Source of the DNA: Minisyncoccota bacterium
GTDB taxonomy: Bacteria > Patescibacteriota > Minisyncoccia > Phycocordibacterales > WO2-35-19
Direction of reading: 5' to 3'
Length of the DNA: 64,000 nt
Assembly: GCA_036517255.1 (NCBI GenBank)
Contig: DATDXE010000006.1
Span: 8,023 to 72,022 of the forward strand
The position numbers and the translations under genes are program-made. Shown here one piece after another: positions 28,365 to 36,828 of this stretch. The notes below the pieces were generated by a model. It saw nothing but the letters and a program-made list of their open reading frames with translations. It was not told the DNA's origin and searched no databases. Position 1 is the first letter of the stretch; every line of letters begins with the position of its first letter.

Positions 28365-30212
28365 ATGTTGAAACAGAAATCTTGGTTTACGAAACTTTTT
28401 GCAGTATTAAGCGCAACAAAAGGACCATACACTCCTCTCGATTTTTCTGAAATCAATAAACGGGCTCAAGAGTTTGCTGATCTTATCGAGGATCGGCGTG
28501 ATAAACTCATTGATATTTTGCTTGCGTATGAAAGCTATGAGGTTGTTCATGATGAAATCAACCGAACTCTAGATTTACTCAGAAACATAGAAGAAAACAA
28601 GAAATTCTTTTTTTTACGTATAGGCGAAGTAACATCCTTTTTACCTAGGAATCAACCCCTCTATGCATTCAGTTGTTTTGTTGTGATCCCGTCACTAATG
28701 GCAAGTGCTGTATATTTTCGTATCCCTCATAGTATGCGCCACTTCTTTTCTCAAATGCTGGAGCTCTTTAACATTAAAACCTTGTTTCCAAATATTATTA
28801 TTTCTCCAAAAGAAAGATTAGAATTTTTAAAAGAAAGATCAGCATTAAAAATAAACCCAAAAAGTAAAGAAAGTCACCCTGTCACTGACGTAGTAATATT
28901 TACAGGAATACCCGCTCATGCAGATCAGTTGCGCAACGTATTTGATAAAAGAACCTTATTCATATCGAATGGCTCAGGACATAATCCGGTGATCGTAAGT
29001 AAGGATGCAGATCTATCTTCTGCGGTAAAAGCAGTGATCACACTTCAATTTTATAACCAAGGACAAGATTGTGCTGCACCGAATGCTATTTTAGTACACA
29101 AGGATATTTTTCGAGATTTTATCGAATTACTACGGATCCATATTCGGGAGATCAAAATCGGTGATTATAGAGATAAATCTTGTCGTGTAGGTCCGATTAG
29201 CGATCCCAAAGACCTTGTGAGAATTCAAGATTTTTTGGTTGAACATCGTTTGTGGCTCGATCCATCAACAGCCGGAATTATTCGGACACAAAACTCTATC
29301 GTGGAACCAACGATTATATCTAAACCATTAATCGAAGGAGGAAATTTTAAAGAGATATTTGCACCACTAGTATTTGTTCAAGAATATACAGATGATCAAG
29401 AATTAAAATTATATTTTGAAAATCCACATTATGCACAAAATGCAATGTATCTAACTCTATATGGAACAAGTGACTATGCTTTAAGTATTGTGGGCAAACC
29501 AATAAAAAACAAAACACTTCATAGTCAAGCAACATTTATTCATAATACTCATCTACATGCACCAGGCGTAGAAAGAGGTACTCAACCTTACGGTGGGTAT
29601 GGCCACGGTGCCTCAAGTTTAAGTATCGATGGTAAGGTGGTCGCTATGCCGACACTTCCTCAACGTGACATTTATAATTATGTTGCTAAACCAATTTTAA
29701 AAAGTAAGACTTTACTGAAATATAAAATGGATGTAGATGAATTTACTAGTACACAGCACAAAGATGTAGAAAAATTATTAAGAGTTAAAGCTACTAAGCC
29801 AGAAAATATAGACGGGTTACATAAGTACGGTGACGTAGTATATGCAGATGTGAATTCAGTAATAACAAAGAATGCAAGATTTGTAAAGATTAAAGCAGAG
29901 AATTTACACTATCTTCTAAAAGAACGCAATGATGAACGTATAGCTACCCTTGAGTCTGATGAAATCGAACTACTCCATAAATTGAAGAAATTGTTGAACA
30001 AAAAACAGGATATTGGCGCAGAAGAATTTGAAACTACTTTGTATGAAATACCCAAATTAATTGATTTGACGAAAGCTCAAAATATACTCCGGCAACAATA
30101 TTTTTTCCAAAACATCTACCAATTATTATTTGGTACAAATTTTGGTCCACGTCTTGCCCCATTTTTAAAAGAACTAGGAAAGGATGATATAGACAAGTTT
30201 CTCAATATATAA
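28365..30212 (+). CDS. Aldehyde dehydrogenase-family protein with C-terminal anticodon-binding-like domain
   Basis: PRNQP, FTG, GSGHNP, YNQGQDC, EIFAP, PYGGYG; tail FFQNIYQLLFGTNFGPRL. Confidence 0.8.
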   Translation: MLKQKSWFTKLFAVLSATKGPYTPLDFSEINKRAQEFADLIEDRRDKLIDILLAYESYEVVHDEINRTLDLLRNIEENKKFFFLRIGEVTSFLPRNQPLYAFSCFVVIPSLMASAVYFRIPHSMRHFFSQMLELFNIKTLFPNIIISPKERLEFLKERSALKINPKSKESHPVTDVVIFTGIPAHADQLRNVFDKRTLFISNGSGHNPVIVSKDADLSSAVKAVITLQFYNQGQDCAAPNAILVHKDIFRDFIELLRIHIREIKIGDYRDKSCRVGPISDPKDLVRIQDFLVEHRLWLDPSTAGIIRTQNSIVEPTIISKPLIEGGNFKEIFAPLVFVQEYTDDQELKLYFENPHYAQNAMYLTLYGTSDYALSIVGKPIKNKTLHSQATFIHNTHLHAPGVERGTQPYGGYGHGASSLSIDGKVVAMPTLPQRDIYNYVAKPILKSKTLLKYKMDVDEFTSTQHKDVEKLLRVKATKPENIDGLHKYGDVVYADVNSVITKNARFVKIKAENLHYLLKERNDERIATLESDEIELLHKLKKLLNKKQDIGAEEFETTLYEIPKLIDLTKAQNILRQQYFFQNIYQLLFGTNFGPRLAPFLKELGKDDIDKFLNI

Positions 30213-30225
30213 GACAATAAATATT

Positions 30226-31740
30226 GTGATTTCTCATAGAAAGATAAAAAATCCAGTCCTAAGCGGTTTTATAGTTCTGTCCGTATCTATTGTTATAGTG
30301 ATTTTTGCTTCCAGAGTACTTTATACACAAACAGTCGAGTTGCTCACTAATAATTTAAGACAACGCATTTTAACCATATCTATAACAGCAGCGGCAAATA
30401 TTGATTCGAATGACTTAGCGGCTCTTCAAACAGAAACGGATTGGCAAAAACCTGAATGGGCTCGTGTAACTACTAGACTCAATAAAGTAAAATACAGCAA
30501 TGAGGATATTGTTTTCATGTATATTTTTAGAAAGAAAGCTAATGATCCAAATGCAATGCAATTCGTAGCTGATGCTGATTCTATTGACCCTTACGCCAAT
30601 GATAGTGCCGACTCCACACGCTTTGTTGATGTAAATCGGGATGGACTTATAGAGCCAGATGGTCCAGACAAGCTTCAGTGGCCTGGACAAGATTATCCCG
30701 AAGCAGTTGATATTTCCGAAGCTTTCGAAGCTTACGATAGTCCACTGACAAGCCGAGAACTCTACACTGATGCTTACGGAACTGTACTTACAGGCTATGC
30801 TCCGATTAAAGATGATTCTGGTAATACTGTGGCCGTACTGGCTACAGATATTAAAGCCGATGACTTTTTTACGATTACACGTCAGACACTTCAACCCTTT
30901 CTTATTTTTATCGTATTTCTTACCGCTGTCATCTTTATTCTCGAGATTATTATCATCTACTCTTGGAAGAAGTACGCAGGTTCTCTAGAAGAACTCAATA
31001 CTCAAATTGAAGTGGCGAATGAAAAGTTGAAGGAGTTGGATCAACTGAAGTCGGAGTTTTTGTCGCTGGCTACACATCAAATCAGGAGTCCACTTACTGC
31101 TATTAAAGGTTATGCTTCACTTATGCTGGAGGGCGATTATGGTGCGCTTTCTCCGCGTGTGAAGGAGCCGGTGGATGTAATCATGAAGTCAACTGAAAAT
31201 CTCATTACTATTGTCGGAGAGTTTCTCGATATATCACGCATTGAGCAGGGTAGGATGATATACAACAAAGAAAAGTTTGATATGTGCGCGCTAGTAAAAG
31301 AAACAGCAAAAAATATTCTCCCAAATATCGAGAAGGCTGGTATCAAACTTATAGATAAAATAAAACCTGGTAGTACTTGTATAGCCTATGGTGATAAAAA
31401 TAAAATACAACAGATTATCGGAAACCTGCTCGACAATTCCATAAAGTACACACCTAAGGATGAGAAAGATGCATTTATAGAAATTTCGATCGATGAGGTG
31501 GATGACAAAGTCAGAGTGTGCGTACGAGATGGAGGTATAGGTATTGATCCTGCCGAGGTCGGAAAATTGTTTAATAAATTCGTCCGTACCAAAGATGCTC
31601 ACAAAACCAATGTCACCGGCACTGGCCTCGGGCTTTATATAGCAAAGAAAATGATGGAGGCTCAAGGAGGCACCATTTCTGTTTCTTCCCAGGGCCAAGG
31701 TAAAGGCTCTACATTCTACATCGAACTTCCCAAATCCTGA
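30226..31740 (+). CDS. Membrane sensor histidine kinase
   Basis: Two TMs around a Cache-like region (TGYAPI), HQIRSPL H-box, NLLDNSIKY, DGGIG, GTGLGL. Confidence 0.92.
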   Translation: MISHRKIKNPVLSGFIVLSVSIVIVIFASRVLYTQTVELLTNNLRQRILTISITAAANIDSNDLAALQTETDWQKPEWARVTTRLNKVKYSNEDIVFMYIFRKKANDPNAMQFVADADSIDPYANDSADSTRFVDVNRDGLIEPDGPDKLQWPGQDYPEAVDISEAFEAYDSPLTSRELYTDAYGTVLTGYAPIKDDSGNTVAVLATDIKADDFFTITRQTLQPFLIFIVFLTAVIFILEIIIIYSWKKYAGSLEELNTQIEVANEKLKELDQLKSEFLSLATHQIRSPLTAIKGYASLMLEGDYGALSPRVKEPVDVIMKSTENLITIVGEFLDISRIEQGRMIYNKEKFDMCALVKETAKNILPNIEKAGIKLIDKIKPGSTCIAYGDKNKIQQIIGNLLDNSIKYTPKDEKDAFIEISIDEVDDKVRVCVRDGGIGIDPAEVGKLFNKFVRTKDAHKTNVTGTGLGLYIAKKMMEAQGGTISVSSQGQGKGSTFYIELPKS

Positions 31741-31747
31741 TTTTGTT

Positions 31748-31783
31748 CCCTCTCCTTCATAAGGAAAGAGTGCGGGGTGAGAT
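31748..31783 (+). repeat. Degenerate REP-like element, copy 2
   Basis: CCCTCTCCTT-cat-AAGGAAAGAG-tgcggggtgagat aligns with 10708-10744. Confidence 0.55.
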
Positions 31784-31804
31784 CTATTTTGTTATCGTAT
31801 CTTT

Positions 31805-33523
31805 ATGACTCAAGAAGAGACTCTAAACATTTTAAAAACAGGGGCCAATGTTTTTCTTACTGGTGAACCAGGAAGCGGTAAAACGCACACCATAAATGAG
31901 TATGTCACCTACTTGCGAGAACATGATGTAGAGCCGGCTACCACAGCTTCGACTGGAATTGCAGCCACTCATGTTGGTGGTTACACCATACACTCATGGT
32001 CGGGCATCGGTATAAAAAAATATTTAAACGAGTATGAATATGATGCGATCGCAGGCAAAGAATATGTGGCTAAAAAAATCGACAGGGCTAAGGTACTTAT
32101 TATCGACGAAATCTCCATGCTTGACGCTCCGACTTTGGAGGCGGCTGATCAAGTCTGTAGGCTGGTAAAACGCAGTAGTAAGCCCTTTGGGGGCCTACAG
32201 GTGGTACTCGTGGGTGATTTTTTCCAATTACCTCCGGTAAATAGGGATTCTGAGAGGGGTAGCGGCAACGTAAACTTTGCATTCAACTCAAAAACATGGC
32301 AAGAACTAAACCCAATTATTTGTTACTTGACCGAACAGCATAGGCAGGATGATGTTGATTTTCTTTCAGTACTTTCTGCTATACGCAAGAATTCTATTCT
32401 ACAGGAGCACATAGAAATTTTAAGTAATCGACTTGGCCTACATGAGGAGGTGCAATACGAAATTCCAAAACTTTTTTCTCACAATGCCGATGTCGACAGA
32501 ATAAATCAAAAGCACCTTGATATGATCGACAGGGAAGATTCGAAAACATTCGAAATGTCTTCCCAAGGAAAAGATTCTTTAGTAGAAGCTTTGAAAAGAG
32601 GCTGCCTTTCTCCTGAAAAACTAGAATTGAAGGTGGGAGCCGTGGTTATGTTTACCAAAAATAATCCTGCTTCAGGCTTTGTAAATGGTACTTTGGGCGA
32701 AATAATCGATTTTGATATGGACTCTGGTTTTCCTATAGTTAAATTGAAAGATGGCGAGAGGATAGAGGTTTTCCCGATGGAGTGGGCAGTCGAAGAAGGG
32801 GGCAAAATAAAAGCAAAAATCATCCAAGTGCCTCTTCGTTTGGCCTGGGCCATCACTATCCATAAAAGCCAAGGTATGTCCCTAGATGCCGCTCTCATTG
32901 ATCTTTCGGGCATCTTTGAATACGGCCAAGGCTACGTAGCCCTTTCTAGAGTTAAGAAGCTTTCAGGACTCTACCTTTTGGGAGAAGAAATTGAGATGGG
33001 CCAAAAAGCTTTTCAGGTGCACCCTGAAATTTTGAGGAAGGATGTGGAATTAAAATCTCTTTCGGAAGAAGCAGGGAAAGTTTTTGGAAATATCTCTGAG
33101 TCAGAGTTATTGAAAATGCAATCGAACTTTGTCCTGGCTTGCGGCGGAAGCCTCAAAGTTAACAAAGAAAACACTTCCAAAAAAAAGAAAAAACAAAAGG
33201 CAATAAATAATGGCCTCACTACGCTGGAGGAAACATTTAATTTGATAAAGGAGGATAAAAGGGCAGAGGAGGTGGCTTCCATCCGAGGACTCACCAGACA
33301 AACCATAATTTCTCATATATGCCAACTTTTTGAAAAAGGAAATATAGAAAATGATCTTCTTTATCGGGAACTTTCTCCCGAAGCCACCGAATCCTTCGAC
33401 CTTATCACCTCCACTCTTCGCGATCTCGGCTCCGACAAACTCACTCCCGTCTTCCACAAGCTCTCTGGTCGCTATTCCTTCGATGACCTAAAAATAATAA
33501 GAACCCTCTCCTCTCTATACTAA
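31805..33523 (+). CDS. PIF1/RecD-like helicase with C-terminal HTH
   Basis: GEPGSGKT, IIDEISM, GDFFQLPP, LAWAITIHKSQG, YVALSR; RGLTRQTIISH HTH. Confidence 0.9.
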   Translation: MTQEETLNILKTGANVFLTGEPGSGKTHTINEYVTYLREHDVEPATTASTGIAATHVGGYTIHSWSGIGIKKYLNEYEYDAIAGKEYVAKKIDRAKVLIIDEISMLDAPTLEAADQVCRLVKRSSKPFGGLQVVLVGDFFQLPPVNRDSERGSGNVNFAFNSKTWQELNPIICYLTEQHRQDDVDFLSVLSAIRKNSILQEHIEILSNRLGLHEEVQYEIPKLFSHNADVDRINQKHLDMIDREDSKTFEMSSQGKDSLVEALKRGCLSPEKLELKVGAVVMFTKNNPASGFVNGTLGEIIDFDMDSGFPIVKLKDGERIEVFPMEWAVEEGGKIKAKIIQVPLRLAWAITIHKSQGMSLDAALIDLSGIFEYGQGYVALSRVKKLSGLYLLGEEIEMGQKAFQVHPEILRKDVELKSLSEEAGKVFGNISESELLKMQSNFVLACGGSLKVNKENTSKKKKKQKAINNGLTTLEETFNLIKEDKRAEEVASIRGLTRQTIISHICQLFEKGNIENDLLYRELSPEATESFDLITSTLRDLGSDKLTPVFHKLSGRYSFDDLKIIRTLSSLY

Positions 33524-33549
33524 ACATCAATTCACATCTTACCCCTATT

Positions 33550-33574
33550 GAACTGTTCGTACGAAGAGTATAAT
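33550..33574 (+). promoter_or_regulatory. Operator-like palindrome plus -10 box (left inverted repeat)
   Basis: GAACTGTTCGTACGAAGAGTATAAT, 6 nt before ATG 33581. Confidence 0.75.
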
Positions 33575-33580
33575 AGAAAG

Positions 33581-33847
33581 ATGGATGAGATTCAATTAGA
33601 AAAAGTATTAAAAGCACTTGCTAGTAAGAGGAGGCTTTTGATTATAAAAATTTTGAAAAAGAAGAAAAGGAGTTCAGTTGGAAAATTATCTTCAGATATC
33701 AAGCTTTCTTTTCGTACTACGTCTAAACATTTGAGCGTTCTCTATTCGGTGGGGATACTAGATAAAGAGCAGGTTGGATATGAAATGCATTATTATATTG
33801 CTAAAGATTTACCAAAAATTGTTTCCTTTGTCCTAAATTTACTCTAA
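33581..33847 (+). CDS. ArsR/SmtB-family winged-helix regulator
   Basis: LKALASKRRLLI, LSFRTTSKHL..L...G; ATG 33581 preferred over TTG 33548. Confidence 0.9.
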   Translation: MDEIQLEKVLKALASKRRLLIIKILKKKKRSSVGKLSSDIKLSFRTTSKHLSVLYSVGILDKEQVGYEMHYYIAKDLPKIVSFVLNLL

Positions 33848-33854
33848 GTCCTAC

Positions 33855-33879
33855 ATTATACTGTTCGTACGAACAGTTC
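33855..33879 (-). promoter_or_regulatory. Operator-like palindrome plus -10 box (right inverted repeat, antisense)
   Basis: Reverse complement GAACTGTTCGTACGAACAGTATAAT, 24/25 identical to the left copy; perfect 18-bp palindrome. Confidence 0.75.
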
Positions 33880-33908
33880 CGTAGATTGAGATGTTCACAT
33901 TAAAAAAT

Positions 33909-33937
33909 TTGACAAAAATTTGGGTGGAGAGTATATT
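33909..33937 (+). promoter_or_regulatory. sigma70 promoter
   Basis: TTGACA-17 nt-TATATT. Confidence 0.75.
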
Positions 33938-33947
33938 AGGGGCACAC

Positions 33948-34037
33948 ATGAATTTTTGTATCACAAAGCGTTATTGGCTAAATCACTTCAGAAAAAATAA
34001 TCTGGGGAGTCGCTTTGTGCATTTGAATAATTCTTAA
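33948..34037 (+). CDS. Putative attenuator leader peptide, 29 aa
   Basis: MNFCITKRYWLNHFRKNNLGSRFVHLNNS; overlaps mutually exclusive helices ahead of a terminator. Confidence 0.55.
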   Translation: MNFCITKRYWLNHFRKNNLGSRFVHLNNS

Positions 34038-34061
34038 CTACTTTAAATCATTCGAAGATAC

Positions 34062-34097
34062 ACAGGAACCCTCCAGAAATGAAGGGTTCCTGTTTTT
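34062..34097 (+). terminator. Attenuator-type intrinsic terminator
   Basis: ACAGGAACCCT/AGGGTTCCTGT stem plus T run, directly ahead of an AGGAGG SD. Confidence 0.75.
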
Positions 34098-34108
34098 AGG
34101 AGGCAGTC

Positions 34109-34285
34109 ATGACACCAGAAACTGCTCCGGACGTTCGTCCGGATGGAGAAAGAATTCCCATCAATTCAATCAGCGTTGATGGGGTCGACGTGGAGCGTTC
34201 CGGTTCGGAGTGGCCCACAGTCTCAAAAGATTCGGGAACTGGAGAAGTTTTAATTTCTGGTCCCGATCATCATGGGCTCATATAG
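34109..34285 (+). CDS. 58-aa acidic hypothetical protein (absent from ORF track)
   Basis: AGGAGG-5 nt-ATG; MTPETAPDVRPDGERIPINSISVDGVDVERSGSEWPTVSKDSGTGEVLISGPDHHGLI. Confidence 0.6.
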   Translation: MTPETAPDVRPDGERIPINSISVDGVDVERSGSEWPTVSKDSGTGEVLISGPDHHGLI

Positions 34286-34307
34286 CCCAAGAAAGGAGGC
34301 TACTACC

Positions 34308-34334
34308 TTGAATCACGAATACAAGAAGTGGTAG
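34308..34334 (+). CDS. Possible 8-codon micro-ORF MNHEYKKW
   Basis: AAGGAGG-8 nt-TTG; followed by a GAAA-tetraloop hairpin at 34341-34364. Confidence 0.3.
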   Translation: MNHEYKKW

Positions 34335-34399
34335 TACCCATGGGCGCTGCGAAAGCGGCGCCCAAACTTACATTTGAAATTATTAGTTAATCAAATCAA

Positions 34400-35608
34400 A
34401 TGACAAAAGAATTCAAGAAATTGTTGAAAGAATTTGTCGCCATACCAAGTGTGTCGACGGATCCAATCTACAAAGATTCAATAAAAAAGGCCTCAAAGTG
34501 GCTTGCTTCATATTGTTCAAAATCTGGAATGAAAGCCAAAATAATTACTGGTTATGATAACCCTATAATTATAGCCAAAACTCCATATAAGGTTGGTAAA
34601 GAAACTGTTCTTATATATGGCCACTATGATGTGCAACCAGCACAAAAAGAAGATGGATGGAAGACTGATCCTTTTATTCTAACGGAAAAACAAGGAAGGT
34701 TGTATGGTAGAGGCGCTACAGATAATAAAGGGCAAATACTTACTCACCTGTATTCAATAGCTGGTCTGATAAAAGAAAATAGATTGAGTTACAATGTCAC
34801 CTTCTTCATAGAAGGAAATGAGGAAACTGGATCTCCTAATCTCTCAAAATTTATACGGAAATATAAAAAAGAACTTGAGTGTGATTGTGTCATGATTTCT
34901 GATGGTGCTTTGGCGCCAGAGAATTTACCTGCTCTTGAATGTAGTTTTAGAGGAGTTGCCAATATGGAGGTAATTTTGGAAACGGCTCTTGATGACGTTC
35001 ATTCAGGTCTTTTTGGTGGAGTCACTCCCAATGCAGCCGAAGAGTTAGCTAAAATTGTTGGTAGCTTAACTGATCTTGTAGGAAAAAAGAATGGGTTCAA
35101 AGTCAAAACAACAAGATACGATAAACGGGTAGGTCTTGATAGAACTGTGGAAGTAACTGGCTTTTCTTCAGGTTACACTGGTACTGGATTTAGAAATAGT
35201 ATTCCATGTAAAGCTGTTGCAAAGCTGAATCTACGGTCCAAGCCTAACGAGGATCCAAATGATTTTGTGAAAGAAGTTAAAAAATACATTCTTAAGCAAA
35301 CTCCAAGATATGCTCGGGTGCGGTTTAAGGTTGGAGAATCGGCTTCGGGTATAATGTTAAATCTTAGTGATAAATTTAATCAAAAAACCAGAAAAATCTT
35401 AGAATCTGTATACAAGCAAAAGGTGGTAAATGTAAACTGTGGCGCTATTCTGCCTATTGTTCGTGATTTTGACACTCTACTTAAAGTGCCTCAAGTGATG
35501 GTGCCTCTAGCTAACGAAGATTGCGGTATGCACTCTGCTTCTGAAAATATTTCAATCGAGGCACTCAAAAAAGGACTCGAATTTAGCCAGAAGTTTTTTA
35601 GTGTGTAG
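34400..35608 (+). CDS. M20-family peptidase/dipeptidase
   Basis: YGHYDVQP, GRGATDNKG, EGNEETGS, DVHSG, MHSASE. Confidence 0.9.
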   Translation: MTKEFKKLLKEFVAIPSVSTDPIYKDSIKKASKWLASYCSKSGMKAKIITGYDNPIIIAKTPYKVGKETVLIYGHYDVQPAQKEDGWKTDPFILTEKQGRLYGRGATDNKGQILTHLYSIAGLIKENRLSYNVTFFIEGNEETGSPNLSKFIRKYKKELECDCVMISDGALAPENLPALECSFRGVANMEVILETALDDVHSGLFGGVTPNAAEELAKIVGSLTDLVGKKNGFKVKTTRYDKRVGLDRTVEVTGFSSGYTGTGFRNSIPCKAVAKLNLRSKPNEDPNDFVKEVKKYILKQTPRYARVRFKVGESASGIMLNLSDKFNQKTRKILESVYKQKVVNVNCGAILPIVRDFDTLLKVPQVMVPLANEDCGMHSASENISIEALKKGLEFSQKFFSV

Positions 35609-35625
35609 AAGATGACCATCTACAC
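35602..35625. repeat. 24-bp dyad site, copy 2
   Basis: TGTGTAGAAGATGACCATCTACAC, an inverted copy of 25609-25632. Confidence 0.8.
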
Positions 35626-35660
35626 AGTGCAAAGAAGTAATTATTTGGTAATATAAATCT

Positions 35661-36617
35661 ATGAAGACTATACTTTCAGGTATACAACCTAGTGGTAAGC
35701 CACATATTGGAAATTATTTTGGCATGATGAAGCAGATGATCGATATGCAAAAGGACGGTCTGGTTTATGCTGTCATCGTCGATTATCATGCTCTCAATTC
35801 TGTTCAAGATGCAGAAAAGATGCGAGAGTTTACTAAAGATGTAGTGATCGATTATCTTGCTCTTGGTTTTGATCCAAAAAAACATGTCTTGTTTAAACAA
35901 TCTGATGTTTCTGCACATACAGAACTTGCTTGGATTTTTGATACCATAACCACTCTTCCTTATCTTAAGCGTGCTCATGCCTACAAAGATGCCATTGCTA
36001 AAGGTGGAGAAGATGAAATAAGTATAGGTAGATTCAGTTACCCGATGCTCATGGCGGCGGATATTTTACTTTACGATCCTGATTTGATTCCAGTAGGTAA
36101 AGACCAAAAACAGCATGTCGAATTTGCTCGAGATACTGCGGAAAAATTTAATAGAATTTTCTGTAAAGAAAGTAGCCCGCTATTCAAATTGCCTGAAGCT
36201 CATATTATAGAAAGTGTTGAAACTGTGCCTGGCACCGATGGTAGAAAAATGAGTAAGAGTTATGGAAATTATATTCCACTTTTCGCCGAGGATGATGAGG
36301 TCGAGGATAAAGTAATGTCTATTGTGACTGATTCAAATGCTGAATATCCTGAAAATGTATTCAAAATCCATCAACTTTTCAGAACTAATGAACAGCTTGA
36401 TAAAATTTATACGGAAAATAAAGGTAAGTATAAAATTTTAAAAGAAATGCTAGCCGCTGACATCAAATCGTTTATCAAGCCTCTCCGCGAAAAACGCAAA
36501 GAAATAGCTTCCGACATTGATCGCGTAAAAAAAGTTCTTGAAGAAGGAAAACAGAAAGCCTCCGCTGTCGCGGAGGCCAAGATGGCTGAAGTGAAACGAG
36601 CGATCGGGGTCACTTAG
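35661..36617 (+). CDS. trpS: Tryptophanyl-tRNA synthetase
   Basis: SGIQPSG.PHIGN, YPMLMAADIL, PVGKDQKQH, KMSKS. Confidence 0.97.
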   Translation: MKTILSGIQPSGKPHIGNYFGMMKQMIDMQKDGLVYAVIVDYHALNSVQDAEKMREFTKDVVIDYLALGFDPKKHVLFKQSDVSAHTELAWIFDTITTLPYLKRAHAYKDAIAKGGEDEISIGRFSYPMLMAADILLYDPDLIPVGKDQKQHVEFARDTAEKFNRIFCKESSPLFKLPEAHIIESVETVPGTDGRKMSKSYGNYIPLFAEDDEVEDKVMSIVTDSNAEYPENVFKIHQLFRTNEQLDKIYTENKGKYKILKEMLAADIKSFIKPLREKRKEIASDIDRVKKVLEEGKQKASAVAEAKMAEVKRAIGVT

Positions 36618-36760
36618 GCTGGCCTTCTTTTTTGTACCAGAACAGTATCAAAAAAAAGAGAGACCAAAATGATGCCCACAAGGTGAAGAAGTTCCAGTAA
36701 ACTACTGGCCCTATTACTTCGAGGGCTAAACTTTGACCGAACATAACCACGAGAATGCAT
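36614..36760 (-). CDS. Possible 48-aa single-TM micro-protein
   Basis: MHSRGYVRSKFSPRSNRASSLLELLHLVGIILVSLFFDTVLVQKRRPA; fills the trpS-aspS gap, stop overlaps the trpS stop. Confidence 0.4.
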   Translation of the reverse strand: MHSRGYVRSKFSPRSNRASSLLELLHLVGIILVSLFFDTVLVQKRRPA

Positions 36761-36828
36761 ATAAACAAGTGCAACATTTGAGGTCTCCCACAAATATGGT
36801 ACTATCTTTTTTGAGTAATTCAACATCA

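Noticed and set aside
33550-33879. IS element or MITE
   Set aside because: The inverted repeats enclose only an ArsR gene; no transposase and no target-site duplication
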